Source: Escherichia coli
Lineage (GTDB): Bacteria > Pseudomonadota > Gammaproteobacteria > Enterobacterales > Enterobacteriaceae
Strand: one strand, 5' to 3'
Length of the DNA stretch: 64,000 bases
Assembly: GCF_013315695.1 (NCBI RefSeq)
Contig: NZ_CP054353.1
Both the position numbers and the translations under genes were made by a program. Positions 22,343 through 35,642 of the stretch are shown piece by piece. Numbering within the stretch: the first letter of the stretch is position 1; each line of letters opens with the position of its first letter. The notes under the pieces are model-generated. The model saw only the letters and a list, made by a program, of their open reading frames with translations, was not told the origin of the DNA and searched no databases.

Positions 22343-23205
22343 CGCTGTGTCTCCAGCCAGTTCAGCCACTGCTCCATCCCTTCGCCGCTGGTGGCGGAAA
22401 TAAGGATGATTTCAATTTCTGGATTGACTTCACGGGCGCAGGCGATGCACTTCTCAACGTCGAAATTGAGATACGGCAGCAAGTCAACTTTGTTGAGCAG
22501 CATCAGCGAGGCGGCGGCAAACATATGCGGATATTTCAGCGGTTTGTCTTCACCTTCGGTAACGGAAAGCACCGCCACTTTGTGTTTTTCACCGAGATCG
22601 AAGCTGGCCGGGCAAACGAGGTTACCAACGTTTTCGATAAACAGAATACCGTTATCGGCCAGTGGCAGGCGCGGTGCGGCGTCGGCAATCATCTGAGCGT
22701 CGAGATGGCAGCCTTTACCGGTATTCACCTGAATCGCTGGTGTGCCGGTAGCACGAATGCGTGCGGCATCGTTCACGGTTTGCTGATCGCCTTCAATAAC
22801 CGCGCACGGAACGCTGTCTTTCAGGCGCATTAAGGTTTCCGTCAGCAGGGTGGTTTTACCGGAACCAGGGCTGGAAACTAGGTTGAGCACCAGTTGCTTG
22901 CGGGCAGCAAAGCGCGCGCGGTTGCGTTCAGCCAGACGGTTATTTTTGTCCAGCACGTCAATTTCGACTTCCAGCATCCGACGCTGGCTCATGCCCGGCG
23001 CGTGAGTGCCCGCTTCGCCATGACCGTAATGCAGGTCGCCTTCTTCAGTCTGGCTGGGGGTAAATTCAGGCGCTTTAATGCCGGTGATTTTCATCTTCGG
23101 GCGTGCCGCCGGGGCAAATGGCGCGCTACGAAACGCGGAATGAGGGTTATGTTCATCACCCTCAATATAGAGGTTGCCTTCACCGCAACCGCATGTTGTA
23201 CACAT
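22333..23205 (-). CDS. hypB: hydrogenase nickel incorporation GTPase HypB
   Basis: 290 aa; N-terminal CTTCGC metal site; GSGKTT P-loop. Confidence 0.9.
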   Translation of the reverse strand: MCTTCGCGEGNLYIEGDEHNPHSAFRSAPFAPAARPKMKITGIKAPEFTPSQTEEGDLHYGHGEAGTHAPGMSQRRMLEVEIDVLDKNNRLAERNRARFAARKQLVLNLVSSPGSGKTTLLTETLMRLKDSVPCAVIEGDQQTVNDAARIRATGTPAIQVNTGKGCHLDAQMIADAAPRLPLADNGILFIENVGNLVCPASFDLGEKHKVAVLSVTEGEDKPLKYPHMFAAASLMLLNKVDLLPYLNFDVEKCIACAREVNPEIEIILISATSGEGMEQWLNWLETQRCA

Positions 23206-23208
23206 CGC

Positions 23209-23559
23209 TCACTCCTGGTCTATTTCTATCCGCCGAATCTGTAAACCGTCGTCTGCCACAATCTGTAGCATGTCACCATGACACTGTGGACAGCGGCGGA
23301 CGCGCTGGGTCAGTAGCGTCACATACTGTTGGCATGTTTCACACCAGCATTCGGCCTCTTGTTCTTCGAGGTGCAGTTTACAACCTTCCGCCACGCTGCC
23401 GCGGCAAACCAGATCAAAACAAAAGGCAAGAGAGCTGGTTTCGACACAAGAAAATGCGCCAATTTTGAGCCAGACCCCAGTTACGCGTTTTGCGCCGTGT
23501 TTTGCGGCCTGCTGTTCGATCAATTCCAGTGCCCGTTGGCAGAGGGTTATTTCGTGCAT
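23209..23559 (-). CDS. hypA: hydrogenase nickel insertion protein HypA
   Basis: 116 aa starting MHEITLCQ; CxxC...CxxC zinc site. Confidence 0.9.
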   Translation of the reverse strand: MHEITLCQRALELIEQQAAKHGAKRVTGVWLKIGAFSCVETSSLAFCFDLVCRGSVAEGCKLHLEEQEAECWCETCQQYVTLLTQRVRRCPQCHGDMLQIVADDGLQIRRIEIDQE

Positions 23560-23718
23560 ATCGCCTCCCATTAACTATTGCCAGCTACAAGCAATAATTG
23601 TGCCAGTGTTGATTATCCCTGCGGTGAATAATGTCGATGATGTCGAAATGACACGTCGACACGGCGACGAAATTCATCTTTAGCTTAGAAATTGCTTTAA
23701 TAACAATGAATTAAAAGT

Positions 23719-23735
23719 TGGCACAGAAAATGCTT
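23719..23735 (+). promoter_or_regulatory. sigma-54 (-24/-12) promoter of the hyc operon
   Basis: TGGCACagaaaaTGCtt with GG-N10-GC spacing, about 36 bp upstream of the hycA ATG; the hyc operon is FhlA/sigma-54 dependent. Confidence 0.6.
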
Positions 23736-23770
23736 AAAGCTGGCATCTCTGTTAAACGGGTAACCTGACA

Positions 23771-24232
23771 ATGACTATTTGGGAAATAAGCGAGAAAGCC
23801 GATTACATCGCACAGCGGCATCGTCGCCTACAGGACCAGTGGCACATCTACTGCAATTCGCTGGTTCAGGGGATCACGTTATCGAAAGCGCGCCTGCATC
23901 ACGCCATGAGCTGCGCGCCGGACAAAGAACTCTGTTTCGTCCTTTTTGAACATTTTCGCATTTACGTCACCCTGGCGGATGGCTTTAACAGCCACACCAT
24001 CGAGTATTACGTCGAAACAAAAGATGGCGAAGACAAACAGCGGATTGCGCAGGCGCAACTGAGCATTGACGGCATGATTGATGGCAAGGTCAACATCCGC
24101 GATCGCGAACAGGTTCTGGAACACTATCTCGAAAAAATCGCTGGCGTTTACGACAGCTTATATACCGCCATTGAAAACAATGTGCCGGTGAATTTAAGCC
24201 AACTGGTAAAGGGACAAAGCCCGGCAGCATGA
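23771..24232 (+). CDS. hycA: formate hydrogenlyase regulatory protein HycA
   Basis: 153 aa; first gene of the hyc operon, divergent from hypA. Confidence 0.9.
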   Translation: MTIWEISEKADYIAQRHRRLQDQWHIYCNSLVQGITLSKARLHHAMSCAPDKELCFVLFEHFRIYVTLADGFNSHTIEYYVETKDGEDKQRIAQAQLSIDGMIDGKVNIRDREQVLEHYLEKIAGVYDSLYTAIENNVPVNLSQLVKGQSPAA

Positions 24233-24356
24233 GCTGAGGCTTTGCCCGTTTTGCAGGCGTTACGCCTGTTTGGGGATGGGCGTGTCGATGAGTGTCGAAA
24301 ATGACATTTCATCGGCATGTTTTCGTCAAAAATGACAATCACCTGAGGAATGCCTG

Positions 24357-24968
24357 GTGAATCGTTTTGTAATTGCTGACTCCACGCTCTGTATCGGCTG
24401 CCACACTTGTGAGGCTGCCTGTTCAGAGACGCATCGCCAGCACGGCCTGCAATCAATGCCGCGCCTGAGAGTGATGCTAAATGAAAAAGAATCTGCGCCG
24501 CAGCTCTGCCACCACTGTGAAGATGCACCCTGCGCAACGGTCTGCCCGGTTAACGCCATCACTCGTGTTGATGGTGCTGTGCAGTTGAATGAAAGTCTGT
24601 GCGTAAGCTGCAAACTGTGTGGCATCGCCTGCCCGTTTGGCGCAATTGAATTTTCCGGCAGCCGTCCGCTGGATATTCCGGCAAACGCCAATACCCCGAA
24701 AGCGCCACCGGCACCGCCTGCTCCGGCGTGTGTCAGCACATTGCTTGACTGGGTGCCAGGTATTCGCGCGATCGCCGTCAAATGTGACCTTTGTAGCTTT
24801 GATGAACAAGGTCCGGCCTGCGTGCGGATGTGCCCGACTAAAGCCCTGCATCTGGTGGATAACACCGATATCGCCCGCGTCAGCAAACGTAAGCGTGAGC
24901 TGACTTTTAACACGGACTTTGGCGATCTCACCTTGTTTCAGCAGGCTCAAAGTGGAGAGGCTAAATGA
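24357..24968 (+). CDS. hycB: formate hydrogenlyase 4Fe-4S ferredoxin subunit HycB
   Basis: 203 aa; multiple CxxCxxCxxxCP motifs. Confidence 0.9.
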   Translation: MNRFVIADSTLCIGCHTCEAACSETHRQHGLQSMPRLRVMLNEKESAPQLCHHCEDAPCATVCPVNAITRVDGAVQLNESLCVSCKLCGIACPFGAIEFSGSRPLDIPANANTPKAPPAPPAPACVSTLLDWVPGIRAIAVKCDLCSFDEQGPACVRMCPTKALHLVDNTDIARVSKRKRELTFNTDFGDLTLFQQAQSGEAK

Positions 24969-26791
24969 GCGCAATTTCCCTGATCAATAGCGGCGTGGCG
25001 TGGTTTGTCGCCGTCGCTGTTCTGGCATTTCTCTTTTCTTTTCAAAAAGCGCTAAGTGGCTGGATAGCCGGAATTGGCGGCGCGGTGGGTAGCCTGTATA
25101 CGGCAGCCGCGGGCTTCACTGTGCTGACTGGCGCGGTTGGCGTGAGCGGTGCGCTGTCGCTGGTAAGCTACGATGTGCAAATCTCTCCGCTTAACGCGAT
25201 TTGGCTGATTACGCTCGGTCTGTGCGGTCTGTTTATCAGCCTCTACAACATTGACTGGCATCGCCACGCGCAGGTGAAGTGCAACGGCTTGCAGATCAAT
25301 ATGTTGATGGCTGCCGCCGTCTGTGCCGTCATCGCCAGCAACCTCGGCATGTTCGTGGTAATGGCCGAAATCATGGCCCTGTGTGCGGTGTTCCTCACCA
25401 GCAACAGCAAAGAGGGCAAACTGTGGTTTGCGCTGGGGCGTCTTGGCACTCTGCTGCTGGCGATTGCTTGCTGGCTGCTGTGGCAGCGTTACGGCACGCT
25501 GGATCTGCGCCTGCTGGATATGCGTATGCAACAGCTGCCGCTCGGTTCCGATATCTGGCTGCTCGGTGTGATTGGCTTTGGTCTGCTGGCAGGGATTATT
25601 CCGCTGCACGGCTGGGTGCCGCAGGCACATGCTAACGCCTCTGCGCCAGCTGCCGCGTTGTTTTCTACGGTAGTCATGAAAATTGGCCTGCTGGGCATTT
25701 TAACCCTGTCACTGCTGGGCGGTAACGCACCGCTGTGGTGGGGGATCGCGCTGCTGGTGCTCGGTATGATCACCGCGTTCGTCGGTGGTCTGTATGCGCT
25801 GATGGAGCATAACATCCAGCGCCTGCTGGCTTACCACACCCTGGAAAATATCGGCATTATCCTGCTGGGGCTGGGCGCTGGCGTAACGGGTATCGCGCTC
25901 GAACAACCGGCGCTGATTGCCCTTGGTCTGGTTGGTGGTCTGTACCATCTGCTTAACCATAGCCTGTTCAAAAGCGTGCTTTTCCTCGGGGCGGGGAGCG
26001 TCTGGTTCCGTACCGGTCATCGCGATATCGAAAAACTCGGTGGTATTGGCAAGAAAATGCCGGTTATCTCCATCGCCATGTTAGTCGGGCTGATGGCAAT
26101 GGCTGCGCTGCCGCCGCTGAACGGTTTTGCCGGGGAATGGGTTATCTATCAATCCTTCTTCAAACTGAGCAATAGTGGCGCGTTTGTTGCCCGTCTTCTC
26201 GGGCCGCTGCTCGCCGTGGGGCTGGCAATTACCGGTGCGCTGGCGGTGATGTGTATGGCGAAAGTCTATGGCGTTACTTTCCTCGGCGCGCCGCGTACCA
26301 AAGAAGCCGAAAACGCCACCTGTGCGCCGCTCCTGATGAGCGTAAGCGTAGTGGCACTGGCGATTTGCTGCGTAATTGGCGGTGTTGCTGCGCCGTGGCT
26401 ACTGCCGATGCTCTCTGCTGCTGTACCTCTGCCGCTGGAGCCTGCTAACACCACCGTTTCTCAACCAATGATCACGTTGCTGCTGATTGCCTGCCCGCTG
26501 CTGCCATTCATCATTATGGCGATTTGCAAAGGCGATCGTTTGCCGTCGCGTTCCCGCGGCGCGGCCTGGGTGTGCGGCTACGACCATGAAAAATCAATGG
26601 TGATTACCGCTCACGGTTTTGCCATGCCGGTGAAACAGGCGTTTGCGCCGGTGCTGAAACTGCGCAAATGGCTGAATCCGGTGTCGCTGGTACCGGGCTG
26701 GCAGTGCGAGGGGAGTGCGTTGCTGTTCCGCCGGATGGCGCTGGTTGAACTGGCGGTGCTGGTGGTGATTATTGTTTCACGAGGAGCCTGA
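24965..26791 (+). CDS. hycC: formate hydrogenlyase membrane subunit HycC (NuoL-like)
   Basis: 608 aa polytopic membrane protein. Confidence 0.9.
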   Translation: MSAISLINSGVAWFVAVAVLAFLFSFQKALSGWIAGIGGAVGSLYTAAAGFTVLTGAVGVSGALSLVSYDVQISPLNAIWLITLGLCGLFISLYNIDWHRHAQVKCNGLQINMLMAAAVCAVIASNLGMFVVMAEIMALCAVFLTSNSKEGKLWFALGRLGTLLLAIACWLLWQRYGTLDLRLLDMRMQQLPLGSDIWLLGVIGFGLLAGIIPLHGWVPQAHANASAPAAALFSTVVMKIGLLGILTLSLLGGNAPLWWGIALLVLGMITAFVGGLYALMEHNIQRLLAYHTLENIGIILLGLGAGVTGIALEQPALIALGLVGGLYHLLNHSLFKSVLFLGAGSVWFRTGHRDIEKLGGIGKKMPVISIAMLVGLMAMAALPPLNGFAGEWVIYQSFFKLSNSGAFVARLLGPLLAVGLAITGALAVMCMAKVYGVTFLGAPRTKEAENATCAPLLMSVSVVALAICCVIGGVAAPWLLPMLSAAVPLPLEPANTTVSQPMITLLLIACPLLPFIIMAICKGDRLPSRSRGAAWVCGYDHEKSMVITAHGFAMPVKQAFAPVLKLRKWLNPVSLVPGWQCEGSALLFRRMALVELAVLVVIIVSRGA

Positions 26792-26793
26792 GA

Positions 26794-27717
26794 ATGAGTG
26801 TTTTATATCCGTTAATTCAGGCGCTGGTGCTATTTGCCGTTGCGCCGCTGCTCTCCGGTATTACCCGCGTAGCGCGCGCCCGTCTGCATAACCGTCGTGG
26901 GCCGGGTGTGTTGCAGGAGTATCGCGACATTATCAAACTGCTGGGGCGTCAGAGCGTTGGCCCGGATGCCTCCGGCTGGGTGTTCCGCCTGACGCCGTAT
27001 GTGATGGTGGGCGTCATGCTGACTATCGCCACTGCGCTGCCGGTGGTGACCGTCGGTTCTCCGCTGCCGCAACTGGGCGATTTGATCACCTTACTGTATC
27101 TCTTCGCCATCGCGCGTTTCTTCTTTGCCATTTCTGGTCTGGATACCGGTAGCCCGTTTACCGCTATCGGCGCGAGCCGTGAAGCGATGCTTGGCGTGTT
27201 GGTTGAACCGATGCTGCTGCTTGGTCTGTGGGTCGCCGCACAGGTTGCCGGTTCCACCAACATCAGCAACATCACCGACACCGTTTATCACTGGCCACTG
27301 AGCCAGAGCATCCCGCTGGTGCTGGCGCTTTGTGCCTGTGCGTTCGCCACCTTTATCGAAATGGGCAAACTGCCGTTCGACCTGGCGGAAGCCGAGCAGG
27401 AGTTGCAGGAAGGTCCGCTCTCCGAATACAGCGGTAGCGGCTTTGGCGTCATGAAATGGGGTATCAGCCTGAAACAGCTGGTGGTGTTGCAGATGTTCGT
27501 CGGGGTGTTTATTCCGTGGGGACAAATGGAAACCTTCACCGCTGGTGGACTGCTGCTGGCGCTGGTGATTGCCATCATCAAACTGGTGGTTGGCGTCCTG
27601 GTTATCGCGCTGTTCGAAAACAGCATGGCCCGTCTGCGTCTTGATATTACTCCGCGCATTACCTGGGCTGGGTTTGGCTTTGCATTTTTAGCGTTCGTCT
27701 CCTTGCTGGCGGCGTGA
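26794..27717 (+). CDS. hycD: formate hydrogenlyase membrane subunit HycD (NuoH-like)
   Basis: 307 aa membrane protein. Confidence 0.9.
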   Translation: MSVLYPLIQALVLFAVAPLLSGITRVARARLHNRRGPGVLQEYRDIIKLLGRQSVGPDASGWVFRLTPYVMVGVMLTIATALPVVTVGSPLPQLGDLITLLYLFAIARFFFAISGLDTGSPFTAIGASREAMLGVLVEPMLLLGLWVAAQVAGSTNISNITDTVYHWPLSQSIPLVLALCACAFATFIEMGKLPFDLAEAEQELQEGPLSEYSGSGFGVMKWGISLKQLVVLQMFVGVFIPWGQMETFTAGGLLLALVIAIIKLVVGVLVIALFENSMARLRLDITPRITWAGFGFAFLAFVSLLAA

Positions 27718-27734
27718 TTAAAGAGAGTTTGAGC

Positions 27735-29444
27735 ATGTCTGAAGAAAAATTAGGTCAACATTATCTCGCCGCGCTGAATGAGGCATTTCCGGGCGTCGTG
27801 CTGGACCACGCGTGGCAGACCAAAGATCAGCTGACTGTCACCGTAAAGGTGAACTATCTGCCGGAAGTGGTGGAGTTTCTCTACTACAAGCAGGGGGGCT
27901 GGCTGTCGGTGCTGTTTGGTAACGACGAACGCAAACTGAATGGTCATTACGCCGTTTACTACGTGCTGTCGATGGAGAAGGGCACCAAATGCTGGATAAC
28001 CGTGCGCGTTGAAGTTGACGCCAACAAACCGGAATATCCGTCCGTGACACCGCGCGTTCCGGCGGCGGTGTGGGGCGAGCGCGAAGTGCGCGATATGTAC
28101 GGTTTGATTCCGGTTGGTCTGCCAGATGAACGCCGTCTGGTGCTGCCGGATGACTGGCCGGATGAACTTTATCCGCTGCGTAAAGACAGCATGGATTATC
28201 GTCAGCGTCCGGCACCGACTACCGATGCTGAAACCTACGAGTTCATCAACGAACTGGGCGACAAGAAAAACAATGTCGTGCCGATTGGTCCGCTGCACGT
28301 CACTTCTGACGAACCGGGTCACTTCCGTCTGTTTGTCGATGGCGAAAACATTATCGACGCCGACTACCGCCTGTTCTACGTTCATCGCGGCATGGAAAAA
28401 CTGGCGGAAACCCGCATGGGTTATAACGAAGTGACCTTCCTCTCTGACCGTGTGTGCGGGATCTGCGGCTTTGCTCACAGCACCGCCTATACCACGTCGG
28501 TGGAAAACGCGATGGGTATTCAGGTGCCAGAACGTGCGCAGATGATCCGCGCCATTCTGCTGGAGGTAGAACGCCTGCACTCGCATCTGCTCAATCTCGG
28601 CCTGGCCTGTCACTTTACCGGCTTCGACTCCGGCTTTATGCAGTTCTTCCGCGTGCGTGAAACCTCCATGAAAATGGCAGAGGTCCTTACCGGTGCACGT
28701 AAAACCTACGGCCTGAACCTGATCGGCGGGATTCGTCGCGATCTGCTGAAAGACGACATGATCCAGACCCGCCAGCTGGCACAACAGATGCGTCGTGAAG
28801 TGCAGGAGCTGGTGGATGTGCTGCTGAGCACACCGAACATGGAACAACGCACCGTCGGTATTGGTCGTCTGGACCCGGAAATCGCTCGCGACTTCAGTAA
28901 CGTTGGCCCGATGGTCCGTGCCAGCGGTCACGCCCGTGATACCCGTGCCGATCACCCGTTTGTTGGTTATGGCCTGCTGCCAATGGAAGTCCACAGCGAG
29001 CAGGGCTGCGACGTTATTTCCCGTCTGAAAGTGCGTATCAACGAAGTCTATACCGCGCTGAATATGATCGATTACGGTCTGGATAACCTGCCGGGCGGCC
29101 CGCTGATGGTGGAAGGCTTTACCTACATTCCGCACCGTTTCGCGCTGGGCTTTGCCGAAGCGCCGCGCGGCGACGATATCCACTGGAGCATGACCGGCGA
29201 CAACCAGAAGCTGTACCGCTGGCGCTGCCGTGCGGCGACCTACGCAAACTGGCCGACCCTGCGCTACATGCTGCGCGGCAACACCGTTTCCGATGCGCCG
29301 TTGATTATCGGTAGCCTGGACCCTTGCTACTCCTGTACCGACCGCATGACCGTGGTCGATGTACGTAAGAAGAAGAGCAAAGTGGTGCCGTACAAAGAAC
29401 TCGAGCGTTACAGCATTGAGCGTAAAAACTCGCCGCTGAAATAA
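27735..29444 (+). CDS. hycE: hydrogenase 3 large [NiFe] subunit HycE
   Basis: 569 aa starting MSEEKLGQHYL; RxCGxCxxxH and C-terminal DPCxxCxxR Ni-binding motifs. Confidence 0.9.
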   Translation: MSEEKLGQHYLAALNEAFPGVVLDHAWQTKDQLTVTVKVNYLPEVVEFLYYKQGGWLSVLFGNDERKLNGHYAVYYVLSMEKGTKCWITVRVEVDANKPEYPSVTPRVPAAVWGEREVRDMYGLIPVGLPDERRLVLPDDWPDELYPLRKDSMDYRQRPAPTTDAETYEFINELGDKKNNVVPIGPLHVTSDEPGHFRLFVDGENIIDADYRLFYVHRGMEKLAETRMGYNEVTFLSDRVCGICGFAHSTAYTTSVENAMGIQVPERAQMIRAILLEVERLHSHLLNLGLACHFTGFDSGFMQFFRVRETSMKMAEVLTGARKTYGLNLIGGIRRDLLKDDMIQTRQLAQQMRREVQELVDVLLSTPNMEQRTVGIGRLDPEIARDFSNVGPMVRASGHARDTRADHPFVGYGLLPMEVHSEQGCDVISRLKVRINEVYTALNMIDYGLDNLPGGPLMVEGFTYIPHRFALGFAEAPRGDDIHWSMTGDNQKLYRWRCRAATYANWPTLRYMLRGNTVSDAPLIIGSLDPCYSCTDRMTVVDVRKKKSKVVPYKELERYSIERKNSPLK

Positions 29445-29453
29445 GGAATCGCC

Positions 29454-29996
29454 ATGTTTACCTTTATCAAAAAAGTCATTAAAACCGGCACGGCGACCTC
29501 GTCTTACCCGCTGGAGCCGATTGCGGTTGATAAAAACTTCCGTGGTAAGCCAGAGCAGAACCCGCAGCAGTGCATCGGCTGTGCAGCCTGCGTCAATGCC
29601 TGCCCGTCAAACGCCTTAACGGTTGAAACTGACCTCGCCACAGGTGAGCTGGCATGGCAGTTCAATCTCGGTCGCTGCATCTTCTGTGGACGTTGCGAAG
29701 AAGTCTGCCCGACGGCGGCGATCAAACTGTCGCAAGAGTACGAACTGGCGGTGTGGAAGAAAGAAGACTTCCTGCAACAGTCTCGCTTCGCGCTGTGCAA
29801 CTGCCGCGTCTGCAATCGTCCTTTCGCCGTCCAGAAAGAGATCGACTACGCCATTGCGCTGCTTAAGCACAATGGTGACAGCCGCGCGGAAAACCACCGC
29901 GAAAGCTTTGAGACTTGCCCGGAATGTAAGCGCCAGAAATGCCTGGTGCCGTCCGACCGTATTGAACTGACTCGCCATATGAAAGAGGCCATCTGA
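29454..29996 (+). CDS. hycF: formate hydrogenlyase iron-sulfur subunit HycF
   Basis: 180 aa; two CxxCxxCxxxCP motifs. Confidence 0.9.
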   Translation: MFTFIKKVIKTGTATSSYPLEPIAVDKNFRGKPEQNPQQCIGCAACVNACPSNALTVETDLATGELAWQFNLGRCIFCGRCEEVCPTAAIKLSQEYELAVWKKEDFLQQSRFALCNCRVCNRPFAVQKEIDYAIALLKHNGDSRAENHRESFETCPECKRQKCLVPSDRIELTRHMKEAI

Positions 29997-30763
29997 TGAG
30001 CAATTTATTAGGCCCCCGTGACGCCAACGGCATTCCGGTCCCGATGACGGTGGATGAATCCATCGCCAGTATGAAGGCGTCGTTACTGAAAAAAATCAAA
30101 CGTTCTGCCTACGTTTACCGCGTGGACTGCGGCGGCTGCAACGGCTGTGAAATCGAAATTTTCGCCACGCTTTCGCCGCTGTTCGATGCAGAACGCTTCG
30201 GCATTAAAGTCGTCCCGTCACCGCGTCATGCGGATATTTTACTGTTTACCGGCGCGGTCACCCGTGCAATGCGATCCCCTGCGCTGCGTGCGTGGCAGTC
30301 CGCGCCGGACCCGAAAATCTGTATCTCCTACGGTGCCTGCGGTAACAGCGGCGGCATTTTCCACGATCTCTACTGCGTGTGGGGCGGTACGGATAAAATC
30401 GTCCCGGTCGATGTTTACATTCCTGGTTGCCCACCAACGCCTGCCGCCACGCTGTATGGCTTTGCGATGGCGCTCGGCCTGCTGGAGCAGAAAATCCACG
30501 CTCGTGGGCCGGGTGAACTGGATGAACAACCGGCTGAGATTCTGCATGGCGATATGGTGCAGCCGCTGCGTGTAAAAGTAGATCGCGAAGCACGCCGCCT
30601 GGCGGGTTATCGTTACGGTCGCCAGATTGCCGATGATTTCCTGACGCAGTTAGGGCAGGGTGAAGAGCAGGTTGCACGCTGGCTGGAAGCGGAAAACGAT
30701 CCGCGTCTGAACGAGATTGTCAGCCATCTGAATCATGTTGTTGAAGAGGCGCGTATCCGATGA
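29996..30763 (+). CDS. hycG: hydrogenase 3 small subunit HycG
   Basis: 255 aa; NuoB-like cysteine motifs. Confidence 0.9.
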   Translation: MSNLLGPRDANGIPVPMTVDESIASMKASLLKKIKRSAYVYRVDCGGCNGCEIEIFATLSPLFDAERFGIKVVPSPRHADILLFTGAVTRAMRSPALRAWQSAPDPKICISYGACGNSGGIFHDLYCVWGGTDKIVPVDVYIPGCPPTPAATLYGFAMALGLLEQKIHARGPGELDEQPAEILHGDMVQPLRVKVDREARRLAGYRYGRQIADDFLTQLGQGEEQVARWLEAENDPRLNEIVSHLNHVVEEARIR

Positions 30764-31170
30764 GTGAAAAGGTGGTGTTCAGTCAACTGAGCCGTAAATT
30801 TATTGATGAGAACGATGCCACGCCCGCCGAGGCGCAGCAGGTGGTCTATTACAGCCTGGCGATTGGTCACCACCTTGGGGTTATCGATTGCCTGGAAGCG
30901 GCGCTCACCTGCCCGTGGGATGAATATCTGGCATGGATTGCCACTCTGGAGGCGGGCAGCGAAGCCCGCCGCAAAATGGAAGGCGTGCCGAAATATGGTG
31001 AGATCGTCATCGACATTAACCATGTGCCGATGCTGGCCAACGCATTCGATAAAGCCCGGGCAGCGCAAACTTCGCAGCAGAAGGAATGGAGTACAATGCT
31101 GTTAAGTATGCTGCATGATATTCATCAGGAAAACGCCATCTATTTGATGGTGAGGAGACTGCGTGACTGA
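30760..31170 (+). CDS. hycH: formate hydrogenlyase maturation protein HycH
   Basis: 136 aa; conserved operon position. Confidence 0.85.
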   Translation: MSEKVVFSQLSRKFIDENDATPAEAQQVVYYSLAIGHHLGVIDCLEAALTCPWDEYLAWIATLEAGSEARRKMEGVPKYGEIVIDINHVPMLANAFDKARAAQTSQQKEWSTMLLSMLHDIHQENAIYLMVRRLRD

Positions 31171-31630
31171 CGTTTTACTTTGTGTTGGCAATAGCATGAT
31201 GGGCGATGATGGCGCAGGCCCGCTGCTGGCGGAAAAGTGCGCCGCCGCGCCGAAAGGTAACTGGGTGGTGATTGACGGCGGTAGCGCACCGGAAAACGAT
31301 ATCGTCGCCATCCGTGAACTGCGCCCGACACGACTGCTGATTGTCGACGCCACGGATATGGGGCTAAACCCCGGCGAGATCCGCATCATCGACCCGGATG
31401 ACATCGCCGAGATGTTTATGATGACTACCCATAACATGCCGCTGAACTACCTTATCGACCAGTTGAAAGAAGACATTGGCGAAGTGATTTTCCTCGGCAT
31501 CCAGCCGGATATCGTCGGCTTTTACTACCCGATGACCCAGCCGATTAAAGACGCGGTAGAAACCGTTTATCAACGGCTGGAAGGCTGGGAAGGGAATGGC
31601 GGCTTCGCGCAGTTAGCGGTGGAAGAATAA
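31163..31630 (+). CDS. hycI: hydrogenase 3 maturation endopeptidase HycI
   Basis: 155 aa starting [20 protein letters not shown]. Confidence 0.9.
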   Translation: MTDVLLCVGNSMMGDDGAGPLLAEKCAAAPKGNWVVIDGGSAPENDIVAIRELRPTRLLIVDATDMGLNPGEIRIIDPDDIAEMFMMTTHNMPLNYLIDQLKEDIGEVIFLGIQPDIVGFYYPMTQPIKDAVETVYQRLEGWEGNGGFAQLAVEE

Positions 31631-31674
31631 TTCTTCATTAGGGAATTCAGGGAATTGAACATCAAAACAGGGAT

Positions 31675-32428
31675 GTGCGCTTTTTATTGAGCTTAGTGCT
31701 GCCTGCACAGGCCACCAGCTTTACCGAATATCTGCCAATGAGTGACAGCGAATACGCGCAAAAGCGGGCGCTGAAACCTCTCTTAAACATGCCTTATGAT
31801 GCCGAGCAAACCTGGCATTTTAGAAAAGTGGGCGTTGCTGGCGTGACGCTTGAAAAGATGCCAAATGATGATAGTGAATGGCAATTGAACGGTAAAGATC
31901 GCGCCGGTAAATCCTGGTCTGTGCCTGTGGGGGGGGCTGCAAAATATGGCGGGTAATGCGCAACTTTACCGTGCCGATCTTGATCGTAACGGCATTCAGG
32001 ATCTGGTTATCTGGCGGGGTATTTCAGGAAATGGTCTGGCACCTAACGCGTTTTTGATTCTGATGACCTTTAATCAGCAAGGTCGCCCGTGTGTTTTTCA
32101 GTCCGATGGTTTTTATAGCGCAAGTGAAACTGGCATTGATGATTTGCTGGATTTACAAAGGAATGGTCACACGCAATTGCTGGATATGCAGTTTGATTCC
32201 GGTTACTGGATAACCAGTCTGTATCAGGTAAAAGACGCCAAATGGCAGCGTGTTCACGGCTGGTTTGGCAAGTTAAGCTATCCCGCGCTCACGCGTTTTA
32301 CTTATACCCCCAACCGTAAACTCGTCCTCAAACCCATCGCCGGGCGCGACCCGCAAACGGAAGATCTGGCACTGACGCAGAGTTGCTTGATAAAGGGGGA
32401 TGTTCTTGATGGGGTGAACCAGCTCTGA
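31675..32428 (+). pseudogene. Secreted-protein gene with DLxRNG repeats, split by a +1 frameshift in a G8 tract (or phase-variable)
   Basis: ORFs 31675..31956 and 31946..32428 overlap in adjacent frames; both frames are open across 31889..31956, which contains the G8 run 31929..31936; deleting one G fuses them into one ~248-aa ORF with a signal-peptide-like N-terminus. Confidence 0.5.
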
Positions 32429-32444
32429 TGCCAAACGCCAGATT

Positions 32445-32469
32445 GCCCGATGCGCTACGCTTATCGGGC
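32445..32469. repeat. REP-like palindromic unit
   Basis: gcccgatgcgctacgcttatcgggc, an imperfect palindrome of the REP type, between the split ORF and the ascB stop. Confidence 0.5.
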
Positions 32470-32496
32470 CTTCCTGGTTCGTGCGACGGTAGTTGC

Positions 32497-35387
<2,891 letters not shown>

Positions 35388-35642
35388 CGGATTTTATCCT
35401 GTTATCAGTAGGGTAGATGTAGTTGTTATCAGTCGACGTGACGGAAAATGCCGATGCTGAAACGGAATTAGGAAACCGGTTTCACAAAATCATGAATAGT
35501 TGTCACTAAATAAGCAAGAGAGTTAATTGTTCATTTTTTATATTTGTGAAACCGGTCACCTGAATATTTTTCCCGCCGATTGCGCAAGGACAATCGGCAA
35601 ACGGTGCAGTACACTGCGTTGATTGCGTGTAAAGGGATGAAA

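Noticed and set aside
27750-29183. 477-aa ORF on the minus strand
   Set aside because: Entirely antisense to hycE, a conserved [NiFe] hydrogenase large subunit; typical GC-rich shadow ORF with no RBS or recognisable domain.
31946-32428. 160-aa ORF as an independent gene
   Set aside because: No RBS upstream of its ATG and its frame is open upstream through the G8 tract; better explained as the downstream part of one frameshifted gene.
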